Shown one piece after another: positions 51,248-64,000 of a stretch of 64,000 nucleotides of DNA. Every line of letters begins with the position of its first letter. Position 1 is the stretch's first letter. A program made the position numbers and the translations under genes. Origin of the DNA: Camelus ferus (Eukaryota); NCBI RefSeq assembly GCF_009834535.1, contig NC_045696.1:37636001-37700000 (forward strand). The letters run 5' to 3'. The notes under the pieces were generated by a model that was given only the letters and a program-made list of their open reading frames with translations, made no database searches and was not told where the DNA came from.

Positions 51248-51335
51248 AATATATATATGTAATTGTGTATATATATGTATATATACACACACACAGATAT
51301 ACGTATTTGTTTATATTTATATATTTATATATAAT
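51248..51335. repeat. (TA)n/(CA)n microsatellite and AT low-complexity tract
   Basis: atatatatatgt...atatacacacacacag...atatttatatatttatatat. Confidence 0.8.
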
Positions 51336-51744
51336 TTCAGTAAGTATGAAATGTTTACAGCTAATGAGTTGTTACAGTATGATAGTAGTGAATAGTTTTT
51401 GGAAGACAAAATTATACTTTAATAAATAACAAAATTCATATATAGCATTTTTGTGAATATGGACACACTGCAGCATGCTGCCAATAACAGTCTCTAAGAT
51501 TCCATGAGTCAGACTGTTGCCTATTTTCTCTTTTAACTCCCTAGTGAAACATGGCTATAAGGAACAGATTCCCGATTCTGACAGTTATGATTAAGCATCA
51601 CTTTAATCATGTCCCATCATTACATTTCTTAGAAAACAATATTAAACATAATAAATAGTACTTATTTATCATAAGGAAGAGTATCTTAGCGAGACTCACA
51701 TTTCCAACTAACTTCCACATAACTTCATTCTTATCATATTGCAT

Positions 51745-51873
51745 TATAGCATAGTATATTATAGTATAGTATCATGTAGTATATTATAGTATGGTATATT
51801 ACAGTATAGTACAGTGTAGTGTATTATAGTATAGTATCGTGTAGTATGGTATAGTATATTACAGTAACTATAG
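51745..51873. repeat. (TATAG)n pentanucleotide repeat, degenerate
   Basis: atagcatagtatattatagtatagtatcatgtagtatattatagtatgg... Confidence 0.9.
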
Positions 51874-52119
51874 CACCTCCTCTTCCTCTCTTCCTAGAGT
51901 ATTTCAATATTTTTCTAATTCTTTCTCTGCTACTAATGCCTAGACTTTTTTATTCGAATGATTATTTGAACTTTCAAATACACATATATGTATATATTCC
52001 CTTACATAGGTTTATATTTAATTACATTTGTACCTTTTTCAATTTAGAGTATAAGACCCTTATAAACCTATATTTATTTATATACACTGTAGTAGTAGTT
52101 CTGATTGCAGTAGATGATA

Positions 52120-52380
52120 GGACATGTAGCATAGGGTTTAAACACTTGGGCTCTGAGATCAACTATAAAGGTTTAAATTCTTGCTCCAGTCCTTAACTAT
52201 GGCATGACTGCGAACAACCTACTTGACTTCTCTAATGCTTTGGTTTCTTCAAAAGCTAAATGATATTGACCATCTTAATACTTAGCATAGAAGATTTTTG
52301 TGAAAAGTAAATGAAATCGCAAATGTCTCACCTCAATGCCTGGTGTAAAGTGATTACTCAGTAAATATGAGTCTTATTAT
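52120..52380 (+). mobile_element. Near full-length MIR
   Basis: tgtagcatagggtttaaacacttgggctctg...gtttaaattcttgctcc...ttgtgaaaagtaaatga...aatgcctggtgtaaagtgattactcagtaaatatgag. Confidence 0.8.
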
Positions 52381-53269
52381 TTATACCTGCTGACTGATTA
52401 ATGTCTGAGGGTATCTGAAATTAATAATTCCGAGAATATTTATAAATTCAAAAGCTTAAAATGTAAAAGCCATATCAAACAAGTGGCAATCAGGAAATAC
52501 TGGAAAGTTGTGTCAGCTCCAACTTAGAACTCCTCCTGCTCTTTACAGCATAAAGAACAGAGGGGAAAGGCATTGCTCACTGTTCTTGGGTGAACGTCTC
52601 TGCTTTCATTAAAGGTGGCTAGCACCTTTAGAACTTAGATTTATGGAGTTCATGCCATTTATATGTGAAGGGGATAGGTCTATCTGGCATAAATCAATTC
52701 AGTCAGTCACCTTTGCTGATTGACTCGTTATAAATATCACCACAAGCCAAAGGTACATGACAGAGAATAAATGAAAAGCACTTATGAAAGCAGGCGTGGA
52801 ATAAAGAAACTGATTCAAAAAGCTGAAGAGCATTCTATTCCTAAATGTTTATAAATGTACCTAAAAATGTGATCAGAAAATATCACATGCAATGCAATGT
52901 TTTACATTACAGACTTTCATTAAGGAGTAAGGGTCTCTGGTCAATGAATGATGAAAATTGTCCTTTGAGTGTAAATTCCATCTTTCTTGTGATGCAGTCA
53001 CTTCACAAATATTTAATTCTGAGGTAGAGCAAAGAATATTAAAATTCACAAATGTAAAATCTTTGGCACTCACCTACTGGTACAAATGTTTAAGCCTCCA
53101 ATTAAAAGCCAAATAGAAAATCGGTTACACATATGTCATTTTTTTTTATCAGCTTCCTTGTATATGTAAAGAATACAACATATTTTTAAAAGTCAACTGA
53201 GGCAATGAAACAGATTTTGACGCCATCTCTTCTATTAAAAGCTTGCAAAAACTAACCGAAGTCACTAGT

Positions 53270-54260
53270 TTGTTATAAACATTTACTGGGTTTCTAATAA
53301 GTGTCAGGTTTTGTGACACACACAGGGATTAAAAAATAAAGGTGCAGTTTCTGTCATGAGGACAGAAATGTCAGTGAAAAAATAAAATGTATCCCAAATA
53401 GAACTAGATGGAAACACTCTCATGATATACCAGCAGCACCCTAAACACTTCTGTGGTTTCCCGTTTTCCCCTACTATCCATCTTGCTACTACTGTTAAGC
53501 ATGTTTTAGGATACAGTTCAAGGTCCTTACTTCTCCATAAAACTCTTGATCTTTCCAGGTATACCTAAATGCTCCACTCTTTATGAACTTACTGTTATCT
53601 TTATACACATCTTTCATGAGGTCTATAACACTATATTGCAATTAATTCCTTACACAGAAATAATTCTTCACAGTACAAAAAACCTATACTGCAGTCATAT
53701 TTATCTGTCTCCTATGACAGGACGTAGCTGAAAGTAAGTACTTAATACATCTTTGCTGAATAAACAAATGAATGGATGAATGATTGACATCTAACCCAGT
53801 CTGATTATGGTAAGGTACAACTAATTTTTGAAGGCAGCAGTTATCTGAGTGTTGAATATGGTGCTTGGATATATGGTCCTGGAAATCAAGAGTAATTTTT
53901 GGGCTTAGCATCAGCACATAGGTTGTTTTCAAAACTCTGAGAATAAAAGAGTCTTCCCTGAGAAGGATGAGAAGACCATGAAGTAACTCAAGGGAGGATG
54001 GGAATATAGGCATTGAGTAAATTAAAAAAGGTGGAGATTCTAGTTAGCAAAGGAGTTGAGAATATAGGAGTCTGGTGTGGTGGTGCCAGAGAGTATAATG
54101 GAACAGGAGTTAGAAAATGGCCTCATTGAAGGAAAGGTCTTTGTGTAACAAGGACAATGGAAGTGTTGGCAGATAATTTTTTGAGTAGCAAAGACAATAT
54201 AGAGACAATCAAAGATAGAGGCATAGAGTCTTCCTTAGGGCATTAGAATGTTAGAGATGG
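53270..54260. mobile_element. Cluster of L2 fragments (minus 53270-53400, plus 53440-53790, minus 53830-54260)
   Basis: aaacatttactgggtttctaataagtgtcagg; aatacatctttgctgaataaacaaatgaatggatgaatga; gttgaatatggtgcttgga...gcatcagcacataggttgttttcaaaactctgaga. Confidence 0.6.
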
Positions 54261-56029
54261 GAAAAGAAGATGATGAGCAGCTGTGAATAGTCTGTGATAA
54301 AAATATGCAAAGAAAGCAGAGTGAGTTTCATTCAGACCTAAATTTGCCAATTTTAATTCACAGAGAGTGCAAGACTAAAGGCATTCAGTTAATGGGAGTA
54401 TTAAATCAAGTAACATTTTAATGTTAGCTTACCTTGGAGAAGACATTCTGTCTAAGACTGTTGAAGGATATAGTGGTTTGACACATGGCTAGGTGAACAT
54501 ACAACAATTTTAAACAGGGTAGACTAGTGTGGAATTAAGGTCAATTTTAACAAATCAGGAATATCTATAATCTGTTTGAAATGGCCTTATTTTAACCAAG
54601 TAGAAATCAGAATCTTAATTCTAGGGCATTACAGATACTCCTGAAGTTGCCCTGTGATGAGCCTGAGAGCAAGGATTCACCGTGAGTGCTTTTTGAGAAC
54701 AGAAACTAATGTAGGCTCATCTTTCTTGACCTTTAATCAGAACAAGACCTATGTTTTCTCCATTGCCCAATGTGACTCTGACATCTAGCAGCTCAGGTAA
54801 GATTAGGTCTGGTAGAATTACTTCAAAACAATGTAGTTAAAAGATGAAAGAATATGGGACACCCATAATAGAGATAAGCTGATAACCTGGAAATGTGAGG
54901 GGCATCACAACAGGTGCCTTGCTTGCTTGCTTACTCATTCATTTGCTTGTTTATTATTTGTTTTTGATCTATAGAACTGAATTGTATAAATCTTTAAAGT
55001 TAAGTATTCTACCATCCACTTTTTTTTAATGCTTCCTTTACCCTAGTAGGGGGAAAACCAATTAGTGGAAAAAAAAAAAAAAAAGGATAAGCAGGAGTTT
55101 TAACTGAGCAGAAACAATAAATTTTCAAGTAAATTTATACTTAGATAAATATTAAAAAGTCTCAGTTTTTAAGACCAATACATTTAACTAAACACACACA
55201 CATAGAATGATCAAAAATATAATCATATGTATTTGCCATTCAGTATCTTTTTTCTCAAACTTTTAGTAGCTTTTGCAGGACTATTAGAATCTGTCAGAAA
55301 GAGAAGGAAGAATAAAATGCTTATGTCAATATTCTTATTTATCAAGATATTTACACAGAGAAGTAACTGAGTAAGCCATACCTAGTGGCTTCCATATAAG
55401 GTTGGGAGATTCACGTTTAACTATAACATTTGTCCTTTTGCCCAGAAGAATAGATGATTATAACTTACTCATTCTTTAATTAAATAGTTGTTTTAAAACA
55501 ATTCAGCCATTTTGCCCTGAATTGTGCTTAAAATACTGAATAATCATCCAGGATCTTTAAATACTTAAAAACAAAATCCCCTCACAACATTATTTTAATT
55601 GAAATTACAAATGAGCTGACTATCAGAGATTTATCATATTTACTTTCATAAAACTATGGATAGGGATACTAACCAAAGGAGAGAAAGATGAGAGAATCAG
55701 ACAAAGAAAAAAAAAAGGAAAAGAGGAGAAAGGGAGAAATAAAATGATGAAAACAGAATTATGAAATAAAAATTGCTTAAATCTTCAATGTTTTTGTATT
55801 AATAAAAATATAAACACAAATATTGCATACAAAACTTAGTTCTAACAGTTCACTCCTAGATATTAGGTAGCTCTAAGATCTATCTTATTACATTACATTT
55901 ACTTTCCTAAAATACTAATTATTAAAAATTGTTAGGATTTATGTGAATTAATAAACTAAAACCCCTTTTCCTGCCTGCATTCAAATCTCATTGCAGAATA
56001 CACACAATGGCAGATGGAAAATCAAAATG

Positions 56030-57335
56030 TTACCCTAACACTTGGTGATGAGTTTTTGGATATGATACCAAGAGCGAAGGTCCCAGCAACAAAAAATAAA
56101 CAAGTGGGACTACATGAAACTAAATACATTCTACACAGCAGACGAGCCATCAACAAAATTACATTTAACCTACCAAAAGAAAATATTTGCCAACCATATA
56201 CTGGATAAGGGGTTAATTTCCAAAATATATATTTTAAAAAACTCATACAGCTCAACAGTTAAAAAAAATCCTAATAATTAGATTTAAAATGGTAGATTTG
56301 AATAGACATTTTTCCAAAGATGACATACAGATGGCCAACATGTATTTTAAAAGATGCCCAGTATCTCTAATCTTCAGAGAAATGCGAATCAAAAATACAA
56401 TGAGATATCCCTTTCACCTGTTAGAATGGCTATTTTCAAAAGTACTAGAACTATCAGGTGTTCAAGAGATGAGGAGAAAAGGGGACCCTTGTACACTGTC
56501 TGTGGGAATGTAAATTGGTGCAGCCACTATGGAAAACAGTATGGAAGTATCTCAAAAATTAAAAATAGAATTACCATATGATCCAGAAATTCTGCTTCTG
56601 GGTATTTATCCAAACACTAGCTCAGAAAGATATACACGCCCCCATGTTTATTACAGTATTATTTACAATAGCCAAGATATGAAAAAACCTACTTGACCAT
56701 CAATCATTGACAGATAAATGGATAAAGAAGATGTGATATATATAGTAAGTATTAAATAAATACTTATTGAATAAATGATAGCTTTCTGAGGGCAGCCATG
56801 TCTCAAGAAAAAGAAGGAAGGATGGAAAGAAATTGCATGGTTCTTTACTCACATTGACCATTGGGTAATTCATTCCATCTCTTTGGGAAAGATAAAGGAG
56901 TCAGGCAAAATCCCAGCCATAAAAAAAGAATAAAATCTTGCCATATGCAACAACACTTTTGGGCCTTGAAGGCATTATACTAAGTTACATAAGCTCATAG
57001 GTACAGAGAACAGATTGATGATTGCCAGAGGTGGGGGATGGAGGGTGGACAAAATGGGTAAACGAGGTCATAAGGTATAGACTTTCAGTTGTAAGAATAA
57101 ATAAGTCATGAGAATGTAAGGTACAGCTTGATGACTATAGTTAATACTATTATATAATATATTTGAAAGTTGCTAAGAGAGTAAATCTTAAAAGTTCTCA
57201 TCACAAAAAAAAAATCTTTTTGTGATAGATATTTAACTAGACTTCCTGTGATGATCATTGCATAACACACACAAATATTGAATTGTTATATTGTAACCAA
57301 AACTAATATAGTATGTCAATTATACCTCAATAAAA
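56030..57335 (+). mobile_element. 5'-truncated L1 (L1MA-like) ORF2 end and 3'UTR, carrying a foreign insertion at 56746-56912
   Basis: tttttggatatgataccaagagc...gaatagacatttttccaaagatgacatacagatggccaaca...gggaatgtaaattggtgcagccactatggaaaacagtatgga...gttgctaagagagtaaatcttaaaagttctcatcac...tgtcaattatacctcaataaaa. Confidence 0.95.
56746..56912 (+). repeat. Diverged direct copy of 57929-58085 inserted into L1
   Basis: Shared taagtattaaata...cagcca..tctcaagaaaaa...gttctttactcacattgaccat (22 bp identical, 56840-56861 = 58012-58033)...tcaggcaaaatc. Confidence 0.9.
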
Positions 57336-57539
57336 AGATTATAGTAGATACTGAAATGTGTCTTAAATAGAAAGTAACATATATATTCCTAATTCTAAAT
57401 TACAGAATTTACCAAATCTTTGATTGTTCTAATGACAAACATGGGCCACTACAGCTGTTCCTTCCCTTCCTGCTCAATGTGTATAAGCCAGCTTCTTAAA
57501 ATTCAATAGTATGGAGAAACATAGTAGGACTACTTCAGA

Positions 57540-57960
57540 GCACTCCTTGCTCCTCCTTGAATTCTCTGGGCGGGATTCCACTCCAAAGCCTTTGCACCTT
57601 TTCTTTCTTCACTTGGAATAGTCTCCCCATAACTATACCTATGACTTTCCCCTCCTCTTAAACTTTTGGCTCAAATACCACTTCATCAGTAAGAACGTAC
57701 CTTTTAAAATACCTACCAACCCTTCCCCTGCCTGTGAATCGAGTCCCCTTTCCTGATTTATTTTCCTCCATTGCACTCATCACCATTTCACATACTAAAT
57801 ATTTTACTTATTTATTTTGTTACTGTCTTTCTAACTGTACTATAGTTTAAATTCTATGAGGAGTAGAATTTTTGTCAAATTTAATCACTGCAGTATTCTC
57901 AGTAACAAGGACAGTATTTTGCACATTATAAGTATTAAATACATACTTGTTGAAAGAATA
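57540..57960 (+). mobile_element. L2a 3' end
   Basis: cactccaaagcctttgcacc...cttggaatagtctcccc...ctcaaataccacttc...cattgcactcatcaccattt...tcactgcagtattctcag...aaatacatacttgttgaaagaat. Confidence 0.85.
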
Positions 57961-58569
57961 AAATCTTTCTGAACACAGCCATATCTCAAGAAAAAAGAAC
58001 GAAGAGGCACAGTTCTTTACTCACATTGACCATCTGGGTAATTTATTTCACCCTTTTGGGAAGGACAAGGGGATCAGGCAAAATCTCAAGAATGTTTAGA
58101 GAAAATCCCTCTTTACAAAGGACAGCAGAGAGTTTGAAGAAGGGTCCCCTGTCACATTCTCCAGCTCTTTGTTTTCTCAAACCATTAGGCTTAATGATTA
58201 ATATAATAGACAACCTGGGTTTTTCACCCTCACAACCAGGTGAAAGATGCAGTTGCAGAAAAACAACTTATATATGAAAATCAGGTTTCCAACAAATCTT
58301 GTAACTCTAATGGAGACGAAAACCAGAAAGTTCTCTTTTTAAATTTCTTCACATATTCAAAATGTGTATGTCACTAATTACAACCTATAAAAATCATTTT
58401 TTTCTGCAGTGAGCCTTCACAGAATATCTTTCATAGCTGTTAACTTTATACATGATTATAATAAAAGTGTTGATGTGTTTTCCCAAACCACAGCAAATTA
58501 GAAGCAGCACAGTTGAAGGAGTAAGAATAGAGCTGGCACAGATCAATAAACAGTAAAGGTAACAATAAA

Positions 58570-58790
58570 CTGCTTCTTTCTTTGTGTGTCTCCACTGTAC
58601 CTTGTAACTATTTCTCTTACAACAGTTACCGTGCTTGCTTACCAACTTGTCCTCTGCTATGGACTGTGAGTTCCTTCAGTGCAAGGGTGTATCTTACACA
58701 TCTTTCCCATAGAATTTCTAGTGCTTGGTTGCTAGACAAACCTGGCAAATGGTGGTCAATATATATCATGTAAGTAAGTTTTCAGTAAAC
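58570..58790 (+). mobile_element. L2 3' end fragment
   Basis: tgtgtctccactgtaccttg...ggactgtgagttccttcagtgcaagggtgtatctta...tctagtgcttgg. Confidence 0.7.
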
Positions 58791-59470
58791 TGAGCACATT
58801 TAAACTGTTAACTGGTAATTGTCTCTGCACAGACACAAGCTGATTTATCTGACCCAATAAGAGGTACCTCATCAGAGCTGCTCACTAATGGATCTGCTTG
58901 TAGTACATTTCAGTGGCACCAAAGGACCTTGGAAAGCTGCTCAAAGGGAAAGACAGAAGAGAGAAGTTACCAACTTTCATCACTGGAACAGCTTGTGTCT
59001 GTATCCTCATGCATTAAGTACTTTCTGGATACTTTTTCTTTTTTAACGTTTTCTTTTCTTTTATAAACAAGTACGTGGCATAGTGTGTGGCTTGAACCCC
59101 CTTTTTGAATGTGTGAGACAAAACAGCAGCATTGACAATGTTTCATCTGGTTCTCTGGGGTGCTGAATATGCCCGTGTTGCAGTTTAAGTTTTTAGAGGA
59201 GACACTGAGTTGGCATTTTGAATGCAGTCTATTTTTAGGGATTGACAAATGAGAAAGGGATAGAGATATAGTCGAATTAGGGAGACTTAAATCATGATAT
59301 GCTGGGAAAGAAGCCGCTGGAAAACGAACAGCTGGAAAACAAGTCACATGTAAATTTCCATGAGCTTAAAATACTATATTCACACTTGCTTAAAATGCAC
59401 ATGCTTACTTTTTTTTTTTAATGTTTTATGCAGTAGATGACCTATTGCACAGACTATGCTAAAGAAAATT

Positions 59471-59974
59471 TGTGGTGAGCAATCCTGAGATTGACCATCA
59501 GGGCACAAAGGAGGGCAGATATTTCCTTAGGATGAAACAATGGACAGTCCTGGAAAGCCAGCTCATCCATCAACAGAACTTTGTTCTGGCATGAAATCAT
59601 GTGGTTAAGCCCAGGGGAAATATTTGCTATCTTAAGATGTCCCAGAGGCAATAACAGGATAGATCTAGAAATTTTGCATACCCTGAGGAGGGTGATTGTT
59701 CCTGGAAGAGATAGGCCTGAAATTAATGAGTTAAACAGCAAGCAGAACTTAGTGCTTATCGCATGTAATAGCTAAAGCCCCACCTCTTTGATCACACTCT
59801 TTTTCTGAGCTTTATACTCCTAATGAATATGATGTCGGCCAGGCTTTCAGGAATCTCGATCCACAAGATCTTGAGTCCCCTGGTCCCATCTTTGCTCTTT
59901 ACTTTGTCTCTTTGTTTCTTAAGATTTGCGTCACCCGTCCTCAGACATGGTCCCAAGCTGCGCTGGACGCAGCA
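59471..59974 (+). mobile_element. ERV2/betaretrovirus-like LTR
   Basis: Starts tgtggtgagc and ends gctgcgctggacgcagca; pyrimidine-rich U5 (actttgtctctttgtttcttaag); several CpGs retained; no TSD recognised. Confidence 0.55.
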
Positions 59975-60443
59975 ATGATAGGTGCCTATGAAGCATTCAT
60001 TGGCCAAAACCACAGGGAGCTCTGGAGTAAACATTCATGTATAAAATAGCTATTTCGGAAGCCAGAGATCTTAGACTCTGTTTTGATTATTATTTACTTT
60101 GGGCCATTCTGAGGAGGACCTGGCCTTATGTAAGGTGGCTTTCTACATTTAAGGAAATAGTGAAGGAGCTTATTGCTAGAGCAACAAGTCTTACCTTGAA
60201 GGTAAAATCTCATGACACACATCTTCATCTACAAGAGTCCTATAGAGGGAAAAACATAAATCTTATATAAAAAATACTTTTCCTTGCTGGGGAATTCTTC
60301 TCTGTCTCTTGAAAGATACATATGCACAAATTAACTGGAATTTATCATTCATTCCAGGGCACAATCCTGATTGCTGTGAAATTTAGAGCAACTTGCCCTC
60401 AATTATGCATTAACAGGGTCAAATGACACCTTAAGTTTCAACA
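59975..60443 (+). mobile_element. Older ERV1/MER-type LTR remnant adjoining the ERV2-like LTR
   Basis: gaggaggacctggccttatgtaagg...tatataaaaa...ggggaattcttctctgtctcttgaa...ends ttaagtttcaaca. Confidence 0.4.
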
Positions 60444-61399
60444 GTTATTTTCTTCCAAAAAATAAGTAGATAAGAGCTACTTATTAGTGTTTCTTTTAAA
60501 TTTTTATGAAAGTACAAATACAAAATACATCTCTAAAAATTTTTATAAAGCCAAATATAGTGTAGTAATTATCTTGTAACTTCTGTTTCTTTCCAGCCCT
60601 TTAGAGTGTTGATAATATTTTGCTTTATAATATTAGAGAAATTTAATGAATATGTATTGCTGCAGATGTTAGAAAATTACTGCTGAAGTTAGAATCAGAT
60701 ACATTAGACAAACTAATTTGCTTTTTTATTGTCAGCTAGAAATGCTGTTATTTCACAAAATGATGTAACTATATAAATTCAATCAATGATTGCTTTTAAA
60801 AAAGAAAAATAAACTTCCATGATTTGATAAGAAAGAAAGTAGTTCCAATAAGGAAACAGAATGTTTCAAGTAGGAGGCAAAAATCTAATATATATCTATT
60901 TTTTTTTTACCATGATCATTAAAAAAGCATTTAAATAGTATAATTATAAAGAAATATTTATTTATTTGTATTGAAAAATTAAGCTCTAACCTTTAACTTT
61001 GTATTTATTTACATGACTTGGATGAGATACAATTAATCATCTTGAACCAATTACAATTTAATGTGAGGTTGAGAATCAGCCACTAGGAACTGGTATGACA
61101 TACTGGCTGGCATCATTCAGATTGGTCTATGCACATACTGCTCGTTGCTATCTATACAGAATGTCATCTGCCTTACACAATTTACTGAAGATAAGCTGGT
61201 GGTCTTCCATGCTGAATTCCTACCATACATTGTAATAATATTCATATTCTTTAAATATGTATCACAAGATACGACTTATAGGTAAATGCATTCAATATGG
61301 TATTATGGAAAAGAGAATAAAATCTAAGCTTCTTAATTTTATGTGAGTTTTAAAAATGATTTTATATCAATCAGATCTTCACGTACCATCAAACTGAAT

Positions 61400-61780
61400 A
61401 GTTCATTCCTCCAGAATATACTCCACGCTTTCTTGCCTTTCTGTCTTTTTCATGACATTTATTTTGTGTGCACTGAACTGTTCCAATGTCCGCTTTTTCT
61501 CTGCACTTCCAATCTTAGTTATTCTTCAAAGGCCACTAGAAAAGCTACTTATTCTGCAAAGATTTTCTGATCCCTCAGCTGATGATATTCTCATAACTTT
61601 GAGCATCCAACCCACCTGCATCTTGTACTGCCTACTTTATACTAAATAAGTTTTGTGAAAGTCATTTTTCTTACCAGAATATAACCTCCATACTGGCATA
61701 AACAGTTTATTTTCTGACTGTGTCACCTACATAGCAGCAACACAATGCCCATTATAAGCACTTAATGAATATTTATTGGA
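61400..61780 (+). mobile_element. L2 3' fragment
   Basis: gttcattcctccagaatatactccacgctttcttgcc...ttattcttcaaggcc...agaatataacctccatactggca...taagcacttaatgaatatttattg. Confidence 0.7.
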
Positions 61781-63789
61781 GCAGTATGTTTATTACCAAC
61801 AAGCACTGAATGATATAGTGATATATGACCTGAAATTTAAACTCATATTCATTTATATACAGTCTTAAAGAACACATTATGTAAACTTACTGATGATTAG
61901 ATTTCATGGAAAAGAGAGGACTAATATGTGCATCTACATGCATATTGCAGGTGCAATAGACATATACCTAGTCACAATGTAAGTGTTCTTTTGTTTAGAG
62001 TTCTTTATAATTTAGTAATCCAACAGATTACCAATATCTATAGTCCAGTAATACCATGTACATAAATAATAAAAGCACTGTTATCTTGAAATCATTACAT
62101 TTAAAATTTTTGACACTGAAATATAAAACTAAAAATCCCCTAGCACCTGGGTGAATGAAGTAAATGAAATGTTTATGTAAAGAGAAAAGAAGAAATTCAT
62201 TAGAAAGAATAAATATCCATATTTATTTGAAAACCAAGTACCTTCAAGGATTGTTTTAACCCAAAATCCATTTTAAAAATTAAAAGCTATACTCTACATT
62301 CCTCCTGAGAATTTAAATATGTTGAAATGTGTAAATCTTTGAGAAGTAATTACGATATGTATCTATATGTACATTTATAAACACACATAAATACATATGT
62401 ATTCACCTCATTTATAGTAAAATATATTTTATATTACTTCAATGCCATAAGAAACATTTGATTATAATTATTGTGAAAGTTAAAGATTAGTACAACTGTG
62501 AGCAATGTCCAGAAAGTTGGCAATCAATGGGAAAATGCACCCTAATGACAACACAGACCATTGTAAGATAGTTCTTTCTGTATCTGGGGATCCAGAGACA
62601 TTTGCTAGACTAAAATTCATGGCATTATTAATATTTTGAATTACAGAACTCATCTATTTCCCAGGCCCCTAGGCACATGTAGTACAAGAACACCAATTTA
62701 ATTAAGATAACATTTGAAATCAAGAGCTAAGCTGGTCCCTTTTACATTAACAAATACTCATTAAATAGATGCTATATATCAATTTCTGAGGATTTACAAA
62801 GACTGAACTGTAAATAGATTGCAAATAACTGGGCCTAGGGTGAAAAACTTCATTGTTTTCAGATTCTTCCTAATATTTTCATGGAAAAGAAAAAGTTTCT
62901 CCCTTCTTTCAGATGAGATGTATCAGATGGTTAATACCCTATAATAAAACTATCCAACCACAGTCATTGATATTGAAGGAGAATGCTTGATTATATAACA
63001 GTAATTAACTTATTCATTTACCGCTTGTGTTTAGCAGCAAAATATAACAATTCATACATAATCTATCACAAATGGTTGTTTGGAAGATGAATTCATATGC
63101 ATTAAATTATTTTAGGTTCAACAATTATGTTGTTAAAAATAGTCATATAATATTATAGAACATGAACTAGGGTTAAGAAAGTTGATATTAATAATTCTTT
63201 ATTTTAAAAGTTCAAATGAGCCCTTCAAAAGATTAAGATGCACACAGTCTATAACACGTCTTGTCCAAAATAAGATGTTAAATAACATCTGGAGAACACA
63301 AAATATTTCTAGAAAATATAACCATAATATTATTTGTGAAACTTTGGTACACATAATAAAAGTTAAAATGCCAAAGTGGAGTTAAGGCTTATCAGACAAC
63401 ACAATATTATTCTAAAATATTCTATCTGTTATGTTTCAAGGACAATTTTAAAGCAGGACAATCGAGAACTTGCAGAGTAGCAATCCACATGATAATGCAA
63501 AAAAATGATTTAAATGAGAAAATTTTATACAAGCAATGTGTTTATATTACTAAAAGACATAAGCAGATGATTTAAAATATGAAATATCTACTACATTATG
63601 ATCTCACTTGCCAGTCAAATCTAAAATCAAACATTCATAACATGACTTAAAATTTTATTATTAACATCCTTAACAGGATATCATTAAGCAAAGGCAAATA
63701 TAGAAAGAATTTAAAATTGATAAAGGTAACAAGTAGATTACTTTACGTCTTGCAGAAATTTAATAAAAGTCCTAGTGTTTACTCTGGTG

Positions 63790-64000
63790 TCTCTGTCCAC
63801 TAAAAAGATTTGAGCTATCAAGCCAAGTAAGGACATTGAGGAACCTTAAATGCAAATGAAAGAAGCTTATCTTAAAAGGATTCCAACTATATAAACACTG
63901 ATCCATTAGTAAAGGTAGAACTATAGAAACAGTAAAAAGATTAGTGGTTGGTAGTTTCAGAGAGAAGGAGGGATGAATAAGTCAAGTTCAAGGATTTCTT
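63790..64000 (+). mobile_element. L1 (L1MC-like) 3' region, runs off the window
   Basis: gagctatcaagcca...gaggaaccttaaatgca...gattccaactatat...aaggtagaactatagaaacagtaaaaagattagtggttg...gagggatgaataag. Confidence 0.8.

Noticed and set aside
51745..51873. CRISPR-like or other structured array
   Set aside because: Simple degenerate pentanucleotide microsatellite with no repeat-spacer structure; the window is mammalian
53067..53160. Consensus minus-strand donor AG|GTGAGT at ~53073
   Set aside because: The upstream segment has stops in all frames and the acceptor is weak; isolated motif
56014..56581. ORFs with L1 ORF2 C-terminal similarity (also 40086-41553)
   Set aside because: Frameshifted, truncated fragments of dead L1 copies, not intact ORF2
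748..63385. Supplied six-frame ORFs (60-146 aa) as real genes
   Set aside because: They are short, many begin at non-ATG codons, they are biased to F/L/I/Y/S as expected from AT-rich noncoding DNA, many overlap repeats, and none matches a protein I recognise

Overview
AT-rich, gene-poor mammalian genomic DNA, most likely camelid (camel/alpaca): it carries a tRNA-Ala-derived Vic-1-type SINE with target-site duplication, and I saw no Alu, B1/B2, Bov-tA/BovB or PRE-1 elements. Much of the window is transposon remnants (L1, L2, MIR, MaLR/ERVL/ERV1/ERV2-like LTRs, hAT MER5/MER20/MER58). Family names were assigned by eye and need RepeatMasker/Dfam confirmation. I found no intact protein-coding gene, and the supplied short ORFs look spurious. 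The one clear CpG-rich promoter-like patch (~26.8-27.05 kb) has paired BANP-type motifs, a YY1-like motif and a GC box/C-run. From it a chain of minus-strand splice-site-bounded segments runs leftwards (23.1, 20.9, 9.2, 8.8, 5.0, 3.8, 2.8 kb). Their translations look protein-like but contain stops, which suggests a decayed multi-exon gene or derived lncRNA that I cannot name. This is a hypothesis only. The best-supported oddities are a ~165-bp locally templated insertion inside an L1, a tandem duplication of an L1 5' junction including its TSD, a full-length solo LTR with a perfect TSD, and a three-level nested TE cluster. Nothing here demonstrates a new biological system.
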